NCBI RefSeq assembly: GCF_006345805.1
Contig: NC_043002.1
Location: forward strand, 30,876,001 to 30,940,000
DNA: 64,000 nt
Direction of reading: 5' to 3'
From: Octopus sinensis
Taxonomy: Eukaryota
The translations under genes were made by a program, and so were the position numbers. This document shows, in pieces, positions 1 through 14,696 of the stretch. The notes beneath the pieces are model-generated. The model saw only the letters and a list, made by a program, of their open reading frames with translations. It had not been told where the DNA came from and did no database searches. Each line of letters opens with the position of its first letter. The first letter of the stretch is position 1.

Positions 1-35
1 CCCGCTCTCATATTGTTAATTTGTTAGCGTAGGCG

Positions 36-640
36 TTAGTTAGTTAGTTAGTTAGTTAATTTGGCTCAAAAGCAAATAGCAAGGCCATGTAGGGGGACAT
101 GGAGTTAAGTACAGGGTGGTGTTCATGTAAAGAGTTCAGGCCACTTGAGGTCCAGAGAGGCTTTGAACAAAGCGGTCGTCGGCATCTTCACCATGTCGTC
201 TGGCAGCTTGTTCCACGGATCCGCAACCCGGACGGAGAAAGCTCCTCTCCTTCGATTGAGATGAAATCGTCGCAGGTAGAGCTTTTCGGAATGACCCCGC
301 AGCCGACGCTCCGGAGCAGGAGTGAAGAACAGCTCTTTCGAGAGGTTACACTTCCCGCTTATGATGTTGTGGGCGAGAATGAGATCACCACGGCGGCGGC
401 GTTTTTCAAGAGAATAACGGTCGAGCGTCATCAGCCTTTCTTCGTAGGACAAATTTTTGAGACCATGAACCATGCGGGTAGCCAGCCTCTGGACTCTTTC
501 GAGATGATGTATGACTTTGAGGAGATAAGGAGAAGGGGCTTGAATCCCATACTCCAATATGGGTCTCACCAGCGTGACATAGAGTGGTAGGAACATGGCT
601 GCTGTGAGCATTCCGAATGACCGTCGAATCAAAAACAGAA
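36..640 (-). mobile_element. CR1-like LINE, 5'-truncated 3' end (C-terminal part of ORF2, short 3' UTR, (AACT)n tail)
   Basis: ORF 123..~638(-) reads LYVTLVRPILEY...LERVQRLATRMV...LSYEERL...SLEKRRRRGDLI...FSVRVADPWNKLP, the typical CR1 post-RT region. A (TTAG)n tail lies at 36-58. Confidence 0.85.
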
Positions 641-1026
641 GGCGTAAGAGTGGCTGTGTGGTAAGTAGCTTGCTTACCAACCTCATGTTTCCGGGTTCAG
701 CCTCACTGCGTAGCACCTTGGGCAAGTGTCTTCTACTATAGCCTCGGGCCGACCAAATCCCTGTGACTGGACTTGGTAGATGGAAACTGAAAGAAGCCCG
801 TCAATTATATGTATATATATATGTGTGTGCATGTTTGTTTGTCTGTTCCCCCCCATCATCGCTTGACAACCGATGCTGGTATGTTTACGTCCTCATAACT
901 TAGCGGTTCGGCAAAAGAGACCGATTGAATAAGTACTAGGCTTACAAAGAATAAGTCCTTGCTCGACTAAAAGCAATGCTCGAGCATGGCCACAGTCAAA
1001 TGACTGAAACAAGTAAAAGAGTAAAA
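641..1026 (+). mobile_element. tRNA-derived SINE family A (CORE-like; octopus OK/OR-type), full length
   Basis: Head GGCGTAAGAGTGGCTGTGTGGTAAG with B-box-like GGTTCAG, CORE-like ACCTTGGGCAAGTGTCTT, internal TA/TG microsatellite, and tail CAGTCAAATGACTGAAACAAGTAAAAGA. More than 10 copies occur in the window. Confidence 0.85.
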
Positions 1027-1156
1027 TATTCAGAATTTATTTTAAAATCGTTAAAAAAAATGGTCTCAACTTTCGGCACAAGCGCCAGAAATTTTAGGGG
1101 AAATAGGTCTAGTGAATTACATCGATCTAAATACTTAACTGATAATTTATTTTATA

Positions 1157-1582
1157 CGTGGTCTGATCAATAAGTATCCGGACTGTTGCCATAGTAACGA
1201 AGCTAAAGCACGCAAGTGAAGCCACTTGGTAAAGATTGACATTGAGCTTTACTATGCATGCACACTAAGTTTGTACATTCTAGCTTACATCTGCTGTTTA
1301 CAGCAGTGTTTGGAAGAAAGGTGTGTAGCATGTGATCATCGTATTGGTCATGACAGGGAAGGTTGAGCAGAGAATCTGCATATCTGCATTAAATTTCGCC
1401 AAAAGCTTGGCGATACCTGCTCAGAGGTTTACGCAAGATTTTCAAAAATTATTTATCGTTCTTTTCACAATGAAGGAGATCTTGTGCAACTGAAACCCAA
1501 GTGTACTTTTGGTCAGCTGAAAGCAGTTTTGGCACAAACTTGGCAGACACGCATCTCATACCCAAATCTTCTGTGATAATTT
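1157..1582. mobile_element. mariner (DD34D-like) transposon fragment, rearranged
   Basis: TA + TIR-like CGTGGTCTGATCAATAAGTATCCGGAC. ATG 1350 (+) gives MTGKVEQRIC..IKFRQKLGDTCSEVYA. 1440-1582(-) gives ..VSAKFVPKLLSADQK..VSVAQDLL, the mariner HTH2/WVP-linker region. Confidence 0.7.
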
Positions 1583-1599
1583 TGAGGGAGGGTATAAAT

Positions 1600-1922
1600 C
1601 GAATCCAAGTGTTAAACTTGTACTTAGTTTATGGACACCAAAAGGAGGAAAGGCAAAATTGACCTCGGCGGAAGTTGAATTCAGAACGCAGACACGGAAG
1701 AAATGCTGCTAAGCATTTCGTCCATTATGCTAACGATTCTTGCAGCTATCCGTTAAATTGAAATTGCTTTAAATTACTCTTGTCTTCGAAAGGCACAAAG
1801 CAAGAAATTTCGGGAGAGGGGCCCAGTCGACTCCATCGACACCAGTGTTTAATTGGCACTTATTTTCTCGACCCCCAAACGGATGAAGGGCAAAGTCGAC
1901 CTCAGTAGAATTTGAACTCGGG
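1600..1922 (-). mobile_element. two degenerate SINE family B fragments
   Basis: AAAGGCAAAATTGACCTCGGCGGAAGTTGAATTCAGAAC (1649-1687) and GGATGAAGGGCAAAGTCGACCTCAGTAGAATTTGAACTC (1881-1919) match the family B core. Confidence 0.7.
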
Positions 1923-1929
1923 ACATATG

Positions 1930-2755
1930 TACGCAGATCATTCATGCCGCAGAATTCTACAAGCATTTCGCCATTACTGTTGACGATTCCTGTTCCATAT
2001 TTACCCATTATTCTATCATTCCCTTTATTACTTGCTCCAAACTTGTCATTCATTTCGACTACAATTTGCAGTTGTTCATAGAAGGTGTTTTTCACCTCAT
2101 CCTTTGCATCCTTCGTAGGTACATACACGAGGATGACTGTTAGTTTAATGAATTTGGAATAAAATCTGGCTGTGGTGATTCTCTCACTCACCGGTTTCCA
2201 TTTGCTGAGTGCCGATTCAGCGGCTTTGGGCATCACAAAAGCTACTCCACTGCGGTATGTCTCGTCTTTCCTGCCAGAATAGATGAGAGTTTCACCTGTA
2301 CTTAGCTCCATATCGCCCAAACCAGTCCATCTAACTCACTAATTCCTAGAACATCGATGTTGTATGTCTTCCTGACTCTGGCAACTTAAGTCGTTTTCCC
2401 GATCACATACATTGCTTTGACATTCTAAATCCCAATATTTAAAATGCGTTTTGGTTTTGCAAGTGATTTTTTTCTGTCATTGGGTTTCCTTATGGCTTTG
2501 GTCCGACAAAGTCATTGTGCTCTGGTCATCCAAGAATCTGATGTTATCGTCATCTGGTACCTGTCAAGTCTCATTTTCCAAGCCCCGTTTCGTGCGGTAC
2601 GACTTTCTCTTTGAGCGCTCCTGGTTTCTGTATTAAGGGCTTTTTTTTCTTACGAGAATGGGTTATAAGCCCATTGCTCATCCCCTAACCTCGAGGACCA
2701 GTGGACAATTCTTTGTCTGACTTCTAGTCATCGACCTTACCGCATTCGGTGACCA
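1930..2755 (-). mobile_element. RTE-clade LINE 5' fragment (5' UTR plus APE endonuclease, degenerate)
   Basis: ORF 1769..2320(-): LSTGETLIYSGR..GVAFVM..WKPVSERITTARF..LTVILVYVPT..FYEQLQ..NSNGEMLVEFC. An RTE-type 5' UTR motif GGTCCTCGAGGTTAGGGGATGAGC..ATAACCC..CGTAAGAAAA lies at 2640-2700(-). Confidence 0.85.
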
Positions 2756-2949
2756 TTTGGCGGCTTTTTCCTTACACTCTAGAAAACGGGGCAGGGGACA
2801 ACGACGATTTTTCGAAGCGGCCGGGGGGCGCGAAACACACAAGCACACGCACGGTCGATATCGTGACGACCTTTGCACACGGCATATCGCCGAAAGGCGC
2901 ACAGGCGGCGGCGACACGCCGACACGTAGCAGTTCTTTGCTCGCTTTAA

Positions 2950-3827
2950 ATACTACTATTGCTCTAATTCTTATTCTCCTCCTCCTCCTCCTCCTCCTCC
3001 TCCTCCTCCTCCTCCTTCTTCTTCTTCTTCTTCTTCTTCTTCTTCTCTTCTTCTTCTTCTTCTCCTTCTTCTTCTTCTTCTTCTTCTTCTTCTTCTTCTC
3101 TTCTTCTTCTCTTCTTCTTCTTCTTGTCTAAATATACAACCCAGCTAACTCATTAAACACGAAGCATTAACACTAAACAACGAACAAATGCAATTCATTT
3201 CATGAAAAAACTCATAGGAACAAAATATACAGCAAAAAAAAAGAAGCAACAAAATAACACAAAAGTGCAAAAGAAAATCTATGAAATGTACAGGCAAAAA
3301 AAAGACACATATATCAATGAATGTAAATATACGACCAGAGTGATTTGTAACAGTTCTAGCCTGAGGATCGCAGTGGCATGAAACTCAAAATCGAGACAAA
3401 AATGAGCTACAAAAAAACTTTACATATAAATATAAGTAAATGTGTGTGTTGGTGTGCGTGTGTGTGTGTTAAGATATATCTGCATGCATATTTCAACACA
3501 AGCTTGAGGCAATACATAATCAATTCTTAGAGTATATATATTTTACTTGTATAAAACATTGCACATTACCCCGAGTTTCTACGTGAATCCAACCACATTT
3601 AGGTGAAATTCACGCTGAAACATTATATAATCGAATAAATCATACACAAACACACATACACACACATAGAAACACACGCACTCACTCCCACAATCCTTTT
3701 CTTTCTCTCTCTCCCTCTCTTTCTTTTTTCCTCTCTCACCATCTTCATAATTGTGTAAATGAATGTATATATATATATATCTACGTGTGTATGTAAAAAC
3801 TCTGACTGCCTGTACTCATACATATAG

Positions 3828-3884
<57 letters not shown>

Positions 3885-4085
3885 TGTATATATATATATA
3901 TATACATGCATATATACATACATACATACATGTGTTTGTATGCGTATGAGTGCTTGTGTGTGTATATGTTTATGTGTATATACACACACATATAGTTTCC
4001 TAACATCTGTATTTTTCTTCGAAGACCAACAGCATAGGGATAAAACACATGACAAATTGAAATATATATAGGTGTGTGTGTATGC

Positions 4086-4138
<53 letters not shown>

Positions 4139-4723
4139 ATATATATATATATATACGTATACATATACTATATATACGTATGTGTGTATAAATTTACAAA
4201 TGCCAACACTAACAACATCACCTCCACTCTACAAATAACAACAACAACCTCAACAACAACAGCAACGGCCATGATGAATGATGATAAAAAAGAAGTAGAA
4301 GAGAAAAAAATTCAGTGAAGTAATATTCCACACAATTTTTTTTTGTTTTTGTTTTTGTATTTTACTCTTTTTTGAGAAATGAGTTCTGAATTCCTCGCTA
4401 AAAACTTTACTGATGGAATTCTATATTCTTAAGTAGATAAGGAGCATTCTTTATCTTTAGTTCTCCTTCTTTCTTTCTTTCTTTCTTTCGCTTTCTTTCT
4501 TTTCTCCTACCCATATTTTTCTCACCCTCTCGTAAGTTAAATATACATACAGTCACGTATGTATATGTATATAAATGTACACGCTCCAAAACACACTCAA
4601 ATAATCCACAGATACAATCACGTGTCCGTGAGTATAACCATACATGTATGTGCGTCTGTGTGTGTATGTGTGTTTGTACATGTGCGTGCATTTGTCCGAT
4701 TGTATATATATATATAGTATATA

Positions 4724-4754
<31 letters not shown>

Positions 4755-4922
4755 CATGAATATAGAGGCACACACGTATGAACATGGATTAAGAATGTAT
4801 ATGTATACAAACATATATATATATATATACATATTTATAGGTATATATATACATATAGATATATATATATATATATATATACACACGTATACATATATAT
4901 ATATATTACGTATGTATATGTA

Positions 4923-4998
<76 letters not shown>

Positions 4999-5098
4999 TA
5001 TATGCATACTTAAGACCATGTGCGTATATGTGTTTACACACGCTCATCCCCACTCATATATACATATATGTTTATATATGTGTGTATATACATACACG

Positions 5099-5148
<50 letters not shown>

Positions 5149-5283
5149 CATACATACATATATACATATACATATATAATTGAAACAAATACAAACGTGT
5201 ACTAAAACCAAGACAGTGAGATAAACTTATTGAAAGAATGAAAGAGAAAGAGAAGAAAAGAGAAGAGAGAGAGAGAGAGAGAG

Positions 5284-5365
<82 letters not shown>

Positions 5366-5732
5366 TGAGAATGAGTGAGGGCAGAGCGAGGGAAAGATAA
5401 TGACGGAGAACAGAATAAAAGTATTTACCTATTTACGAAACTGACAAAACTATTTTCATAACAGCATCAAAACATTTAGTATTTAGAATGTTCTGTGGAG
5501 AAAATGAGAAGCTAGGAGTGGTGGTGGTGGTGGTGGTGGTGGTGGTGGTGTTTGTGGTCGCGGTTGTGGCGGTGCCGAACAATAAACAAACGAATAAGCA
5601 AAGTCACTGCTCTACTAGAAATACAACTTAAATTAGCTGCTGCCAAAGTGAAATAGTTGGCTGGCTTTAAATTATGAATGAACGTTATTAAATGAACCAT
5701 GCCATCATATATCTGTATCTATCTATCCATCC

Positions 5733-5790
<58 letters not shown>
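2950..5790. repeat. compound microsatellite field: (CCT)n/(CTT)n, (TA)n, (CA)n, (GA)n, (GT)n, (GGT)n, (TATC)n
   Basis: Directly visible simple repeats. Similar fields recur across the window, e.g. 38290-41400, 46000-49500 and 54900-56450. Confidence 0.95.
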
Positions 5791-7181
<1,391 letters not shown>

Positions 7182-7489
7182 CACAATCAGACACATAGGT
7201 GTGTTTGCGCATGTGTGTTTTGACATGCACGGGTGTATGTGTGTATTACTTCCCCACACCCTTTCGTGCATTAGAGAACGAACTTTTATATGGTCTATTG
7301 ATTTGCTAGAAACATCAGTGGTCAAATATTGTTCAATTTTCACATGACCTTTATGAAATAAAGGAGGCAACTTTATCATGAATAGTATAGTCATATTATG
7401 AAACATATTCTCTGAAGTGTAGTCCCAAATACATTATGCCATTAAAAAACAGTTGGACAGATAAGAGGCAAAATGTCTGTTGTTGTCTC

Positions 7490-8870
7490 CTTTTACTTGC
7501 TGAATCAGGAGGAAGCACTTGAGCCCATTGGCCCTTGCAGCTTCTCCGTGATTTGGTGAGAGAGATTCTATTATTATGCCGTTTAATCTATTAGAGGTGA
7601 ATGCCTGCCTGGTGGAAAAGATGTTAGTAGTGAAGAGATTCCAAAGAGCGAATTTCTGGGGAGAAAGGATTAGACATACTGGTTGGGAAGGATACGGGTT
7701 GGTTAGTTGAAACAAGAGCGACGAGTGGGCTGGATTTAGGGTGAGTCGGTGGTACCTGAGTAGTTATAAAATGAGGCCAGCTAGTATCTAGTAGTAGTGA
7801 CCATTATAGTAGCAATAGAAAAGAGACAGAGTGCATAGTAGCCTCTATTTTATTGGGCAAGCGGCTACAGTCACCGATAATGATATAATGCTGGTCTGCC
7901 ATGTAAACTATATTTGGATGCGGTCCAGCATGCCAGTGCATTTAGCAGCTGCCCCGTCCCATATGTTGGTGAAATACCTCATTGTGGGCCTTAGCTGAGT
8001 TTTGTAGATTGTTTGGACTTGTTGGGGGTTGAAATGTCTTCCACCTGTATAGACGGAAATTAGTCTTTGGGATGCCAAAGAAATGCTTTTGCTATGGAGA
8101 AACCTCGTAATAGTGAGGTGAAGTATTCGTAGAGATTGCGAGAGCTCTTATTTCTTTACTGCCCACAATGGGAAACAAACAAGGACAGACAAACGGATTA
8201 AGTCGATTATATCGACCCCAGTGCATAACTAGTACTTATTTAATCGACCCCGAAAGGATGAATTTGAACTCAGAACGTAACGGCAGACGAAATACCTATT
8301 TCTTTACTACCCACAAGGGGCTAAATACAGAGAGGATATACAAGGACAGACAAACGGATTAAGTTAATTGCATCGACCCCAGTGCGTAACTGGTACTTAA
8401 TTTATCGAACCCGAAAGGATGAAAGGCAAAGTCGACCTCGGCGGAATTTGAACTCAGTACGTAACGGCAGGCGAAATACCTATTTCTTTACTACCCACAA
8501 GGGGCCAAACACAGAGGGGACAAAGAAGGACAGACAAACGGATCAAGTCGATTATATTGATCCCAGTGCGTAACTGGTACTTATTTAATCGACCCCGAAA
8601 GGATGAAAGGCAAAGTCGACCTCGGCGGAATTTGAACGCAGAACGTAACGGCAGACGAAATGCGGCTAGGCATTTCGCCTTGCATGCTAACGTTTCTGCC
8701 AGCTCGCCGCCTTAACGGCAGGCGAAATACCGCTAAGCATTTCGTCCGGCGTGCTAACGTTTCTGCCAGTTCGCTGAGAGGGCTCTTGCTGAATACCGCT
8801 TATGCATAGAAGACTTGTAGTACGATACTGATTTCCTGATATGAGCAATGCATGTGTTTTTCTTTCTCTG
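7490..8870 (-). mobile_element. old CR1-group LINE remnant interrupted by the SINE B array
   Basis: Minus-strand YKTQLRPTMRY..IWDGAAAKCTGMLDRIQ (~7915-8010) resembles the CR1-group YKAQIRPxMEYCSHxWxGA motif. A near-TSD GAGAGCTCTT/GAGGGCTCTT flanks the SINE array. Confidence 0.55.
8149..8776 (-). mobile_element. nested/tandem array of tRNA-derived SINE family B (3 bodies, 2 heads)
   Basis: Sense consensus GGCGGCGAGCTGGCAGAAACGTTAGC..GAGTTCAAATTCCGCCGAGGTCGACTTTGCCTTTCATCCTTTCGGGGTCGA..GTAAAGAAATA, repeated. Confidence 0.9.
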
Positions 8871-9979
8871 TTAAAAGGGATAACGTTGGCATGACCTCAC
8901 TAGAGAGTGCGCACGAGGTATACGTTTATAGAGACAATGCTGGGTTTGGTTGGATACATCATGTCTAAAAAAAAAAAAAGAAATGACTGGAACATCAAGG
9001 TCTCAAAGCAGTTTACTGAAGGTGTGACCGATGAGAACTGGTCTGGAATTAAAGAAACAACACAGCAACATAAGCATCCACGTCTATTTTATTGCATTAT
9101 TTTTGAATATCATTGTCTATAGACTTGACAGAATTGGTAAAATATTTGACTATTAGACCTCTCGACATCAGTTCATATACTATAGGCGTAATATTTTTAT
9201 TCAGAGTTTATTTCTGTCCTTTTATCTGTCACTGTTATCTACGTTTGATGAGAGGTGTAATAAATAATTGCCATGAAACACTGCTGAGATATTATTTATG
9301 TTAATGGTTAGTTCCCGAGGAAGAGGGCTGAGACTTCGGCATTCCCAGCCCCACCCAAACGTGTGAAATTGACGTGATTGATGCTTCACTTGAACAGGTG
9401 CAAGGTGACGGATGTTGTGACGGGGGTAAATAGGGGTAAGGAGAGAATACTTGAGGACCGATGTTTTGGGAAGGAAGCACGTATAAGGATAGAAAAAATA
9501 TTAAAAAAACAGAAGGGCAGTGGTATGGATCTATGTGAAGGTGCTTCAAATCCGGCCAGCTCCTAGAAGTAGAGGTCACTTGTAGTAACAGTAAAGAGCA
9601 TAAATTATATTTAAAACTAAGCAACCAAACTTATGAGACAGGAGGATATTTTTAAGAGATCTGGACAGTTTTAGTGAGGATCAAATATCAGTGAGAATAT
9701 ACACCATTTCTTTAATATAAAAACTGGAAATGCCATCAGCCGGCAACACTATAGGTTCATTAGAAATGTCTCCTTGAGATGAATGTCTGCATTAAGTATG
9801 ATATACAGATTGCTATTTTTAACTCATATTACTTGTGCGCTGAACACGCATGTCTTTTCAGCTTGACAGCTATTTGAGACATCAGTAATTATTCAATTAT
9901 TGTTTTTGTATAAGAGAAATACTGCATTTTCTGACTTTCAACAGTATGTTCTGTTTAAGTATGATATATATATCTATAT

Positions 9980-10220
9980 GTTTTACCGAACCAGTAAGTT
10001 ATGGGGGACGTAAACGCACCAACATCGGTTGTTAAGCGATGGTGGGAGGACAAGCACAGACACACAGACACAAATATATATACATATGTACGTATACGAC
10101 GGGCTTCTTTTGTCTATCAAATCCACTCACAAGGCTTTGGCTGGCTATAGTGGAAGAAGTGGGACTGAACCCGGAACCAAGTGGTCGGGAAGCAAGGTTC
10201 TTGACACAGCCACGCCTTCG
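9980..10220 (-). mobile_element. SINE family A, degenerate
   Basis: Matches the family A body and head on the reverse strand. Confidence 0.8.
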
Positions 10221-10221
10221 C

Positions 10222-10313
<92 letters not shown>

Positions 10314-11997
10314 AATAAGAAAACGGATATAAAATCGACAGGCATCAGTCGGTATACATTCCATTATGTCTATTTATTCAAATATATTGGATGAATACCT
10401 ACACATGTATGAGTGGTACAGATTAGCGACTGGAAAAAGCTGGTAGGTCTTGATTTAAACATCGAACAACTTATTTTGTATACATACAATAAAGAAAAAG
10501 GTACCCGCAAACGTTCGGAGATGAAACAAATCAAAGCGAAGGGTCGATATATACCTCACTATTTTCTAAAGCTTAGGCTCATACAGTCCTGGACAAAGTA
10601 TCCGTCAAGCTTAGAATTGGAAGTGGCCATGACTTTTTAACTTCCCAGTTTTCTTGACACAGCTTAATTATATGATTGAATTATAAAAGGAACTAAGACA
10701 ATTAAAGAACTAAATTGTACAAAATTGCATTTAGCATATTTAAACAAATACACACCTAAAGCTAGATCTATTTGATATTCATTAATCCATTTAAGATTCT
10801 TAAAATATACGTTTCCGTACCATATGTACAGTAATATGTTCATAAGATGATAATAAAACAAAGTGAAGTAAAGAACATGATTTTATTTAACAGATACAGA
10901 TACAAATTAATACGTTTGTAGAGCAGAGTATGCTTAATCATTATCAATCCACTATTTAAAACTCACCGTATGCAAATTACTTCTCATCATGATCTGTTTA
11001 TTCGATACAGGGTATTGCACAGTATTTACGGACTTCTCGGAATACAGGGACATCACTGTAGTTCCTACAATTGATAATTGTATTTTATCTTAGTCATTTC
11101 AGTATTAGATGTAATTTATTCCGTCCGTATGTAACGAAACTAGGACCTATTGTTGCAAAATAGCGGCAGATAAAAGTCAATCGTTAAGACAGACTGTCAC
11201 GTGTTGTATGTAATTTCTAAAGTCAAATGATCTATCTCATTTTGTTAAATGTTAGAGGCTTTACTTCTCGGTACAGATGTCAGTAGACAAACGTGTTTGT
11301 TTTCGTTAATATTCAGTCTCTTTTCATGTGAAGCCACACAAGCATTTCATCTGCTTAGCCCAATGACCATAAATTATTTTCTCAATTTCATTATCTTCCC
11401 CGTTTCCCTATGACCACATAAACACCCTCACGCACACTAACACACTCACAGACATGCTCTTTCGCACGCATGCACGCACAACATACAGAAAACAAAGAAA
11501 AACACCCACATAAGTTTAAACTTATATCTACTTACGTGTAGATATACGTATACGTATATATTTCTGTATTTTCTATGAATGCCTTCTTCCATTGTGTGTG
11601 TGTGTGTAAAGGGTTTTGAGTGTGTGTGTCGCTGGTGTAATTCTGTTTAATATACCTGTTACAAAGGGAGCTATGACTGAAGACAAATTGATTGTGATTT
11701 TAATTCGTTGTAAATAAAAGAAAGCTACATATTACCGCTGACGGTAATCACAGATATTTCCACAAAGCATACAATATACTACATTTTGTCTTTCTTATAT
11801 TTATAAATGTGTGCCCTCACCTTTCAATACATTTCTTTACAAATCCTTTGTCATCCTGGAACAATGCCACAAATTTCGGGAGGTGGGTAAATCGATTAAA
11901 TCAAGCCCAATGCTCAACTGAAAATGCTTCCTGCTTGGAGCTCCTAGGACATAAACATCCGATAGCGACACCACAGTTGAACTTTACTCTGTTACAC

Positions 11998-12356
11998 TGT
12001 TACTTTTTTCAGTCATTTGACTGCGGCCATGCTGGAGCACCGCCTTTAGTCGAGCAAATCTACTCCAGGACTTATTCTTTGTAAGACTTATTCTATCGGT
12101 CTATTTTGCCGAACTGCTGAGTTACGGGGATGTAAATACACCAGCATCGGTTGTCAAGCAATGTTGGGGGACAAACACACAAACATATACATACACATAC
12201 GCACACACACACACATACGACGGGCTTCACTCACAAGGTTTTGGTCAGCCAAGGCTATAGTAGAAGACACTTGCCCAAGGTGCCACGCAGTGGGACTGAA
12301 CCCAGAACCATGTGGTTGGTAAGCAAGCTACTTACCACATAGCCACTCCTGCGCCT
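11998..12356 (-). mobile_element. SINE family A, near full length
   Basis: Runs from tail TTTCAGTCATTTGACTGCGGCCATGCTGGAGCACCGCC to head AGCCACTCCTGCGCC. Confidence 0.9.
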
Positions 12357-12502
12357 ATGTCAACGATTTATAAAATTTCAATATCTTTTCATGCACTGAT
12401 GTCGCAAATTGCTGCAGACTATTTAAAAGATATTCCATGTTCTAACATCCACGTTAAGTTGGACACAAATGCTGCCTTTTTGTATTAATACTGCTTCTGT
12501 AG

Positions 12503-12650
12503 TTCGACGTCGACTTTGCCATTCATCCTTTTGCGGTCGATGAAATAAAAAACCAGTTACACACTGGGGGTTGATGTAATCGACTTAATCTCTTTATCTC
12601 TTTTTGTTTGTTCCCTCTATGTTTAACCCCCTGTGGGCAATAAAGAAATA
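12503..12650 (+). mobile_element. SINE family B, 5'-truncated
   Basis: GTCGACTTTGCCATTCATCCTTT...GTGGGCAATAAAGAAATA. Confidence 0.8.
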
Positions 12651-13502
12651 AATATTACAATCTTCAATTTAGTTCTTCGTTTGCATCATCAGTAAAATAG
12701 TTGTTATTTATGTAAATAATATATTTTGGTGATGCATTTAGTTTGTACCATGCCCACTCCAAGGATCTCTACAATTATTTTCTTTTCTTTAGCTTTTTCG
12801 GACATCTTTGAAGTTGTGAATTTTATGTTACAATAATTCCTATATATTTTATTTACTTATTTACTCCACAATAACAAACCTACACGTACACGGGCACACA
12901 CACGCGCGCGCAGACATACACTCATGTGCACGCCCACCCCCTTAATTAAAATAATTACTGTGCTCCAAAAAATCGTCATGTAATCGATGTCGCTTAAATT
13001 GCAAACACAAACAACACCGATAAAAACTAAAGTTAACAATGGAAGAAGGAGCGAGAGAGGAGAGAGTGATGGGCGTAATCGAAGATTCGGTGCGGGATTT
13101 CTTTCTCTGGCTGTATACATAGCTACGGGAGTGTGTGTGCATGTGGATGTGCTGTTGTTGGCGATGGTGCGTGTGTATGTGTGTGAGTGCTTCAATCTGC
13201 GTATGTTATGTATATGTGTAGGAGTTTGTACCCCTGGTATGTGCGTATGTGAGCGAGTACTTTTGCATTTGCGATTCTGTTAGTAACACTGTATCGTACC
13301 AATACTAATTTAGTTTCACCAAGACACACACACACACACACACAAACACACACACTGTATGACACTCACACATAAGTACAAACATACAGCGCACACACGA
13401 ACTATCCTAGGAAGACAGTCTCATCAACACACACACACACATGCACACACGCATACACACGCACGCACATACACGCACGCATTGACACAGACACAGACAC
13501 AG

Positions 13503-13533
<31 letters not shown>

Positions 13534-14236
13534 CTAACAAAAACTCACGGTCTATTCAACGTGCGTGCACTGCGGAAATAAGTTACAAAAGACAAAACTT
13601 CGTCTGACCTGTTTCTCTATGTGTATGTGTTATTGTGTGCACGTTTCTGACTGTTATTGCGTGTCTATGTATGTACGTACCGGTTTATATCTCTATGCAA
13701 TTATGTCTGTGTTAATTTGCCTGTTTGTAATCTATGTATGCCCTCAAATCATGCCTTACTGCCTAAACAGGAGTTGTACATTAAGGAAACTAGCCCCCCT
13801 AATATATATCTCTGTGTGTGTCTGTTTGGGTGTGTTTTAGCATGTATGGCTATATATATTTATATCCAAAATTTCGATCGAATCCCCAACGAGTTTATAT
13901 GGGAACTCCTAAGGACAGAGTAAACTTCATACAATCATTGGCCAGAAAAGTAGCTTGCGGCCTACCTGGCATTTGGATAATTTACTATTTCCGTGATTCC
14001 GCTAGCTATGAAACATATGTAGCCTGGATTTTATTTTCTCCATTCCCTAAATTTCGAATGTTTATAAACATATAACACAACCCCCGTCGTTAAGCTAATT
14101 AACTTTTTTTAGCTTATCTTACTCTGCGCCAATAAAACGCTATTGTTCCTGAAAGTTGATTTTATATCTATGGATTGCTTGAAGGTCGCTAATTTCCTAC
14201 ACCTTGATCCTTACACTTTAGATTTTACCTTTACAT

Positions 14237-14287
<51 letters not shown>

Positions 14288-14521
14288 ATACATATATTTC
14301 TAGACGGACTTTCGTCATAGATCTATTCAAACAAATCTCCGTCATACACTCTACGGTGGTAGAACACATGAAGGCTTTAATCACAAGTGTGCACAGAGAC
14401 AAAGTGGTTACATAAGGAACGTATTCCTTCATTGGAACTTTAGGTCAAGACTGACTTCGATTTAAACATCACATAAAAGAAAAAAGAGCCATACCTCTCT
14501 GGAGGTATGTATGTACGTATG

Positions 14522-14695
<174 letters not shown>

Positions 14696-14696
14696 T

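Noticed and set aside
99-590. 163-aa plus-strand ORF
   Set aside because: Antisense shadow of the CR1-like ORF.
641-720. SINE heads as tRNA genes
   Set aside because: They have A/B-box-like motifs only, continue into SINE bodies, and show no convincing cloverleaf.
3623-5205. Many ORFs of [14 protein letters not shown] type here and throughout the window
   Set aside because: They are translations of (TA)n/(CA)n microsatellites, which lack stop codons.
8149-8776. SINE B multimers as a retrozyme or rolling-circle product
   Set aside because: There is no hammerhead core on either strand of the unit, and an explicit TSD shows nested insertion.
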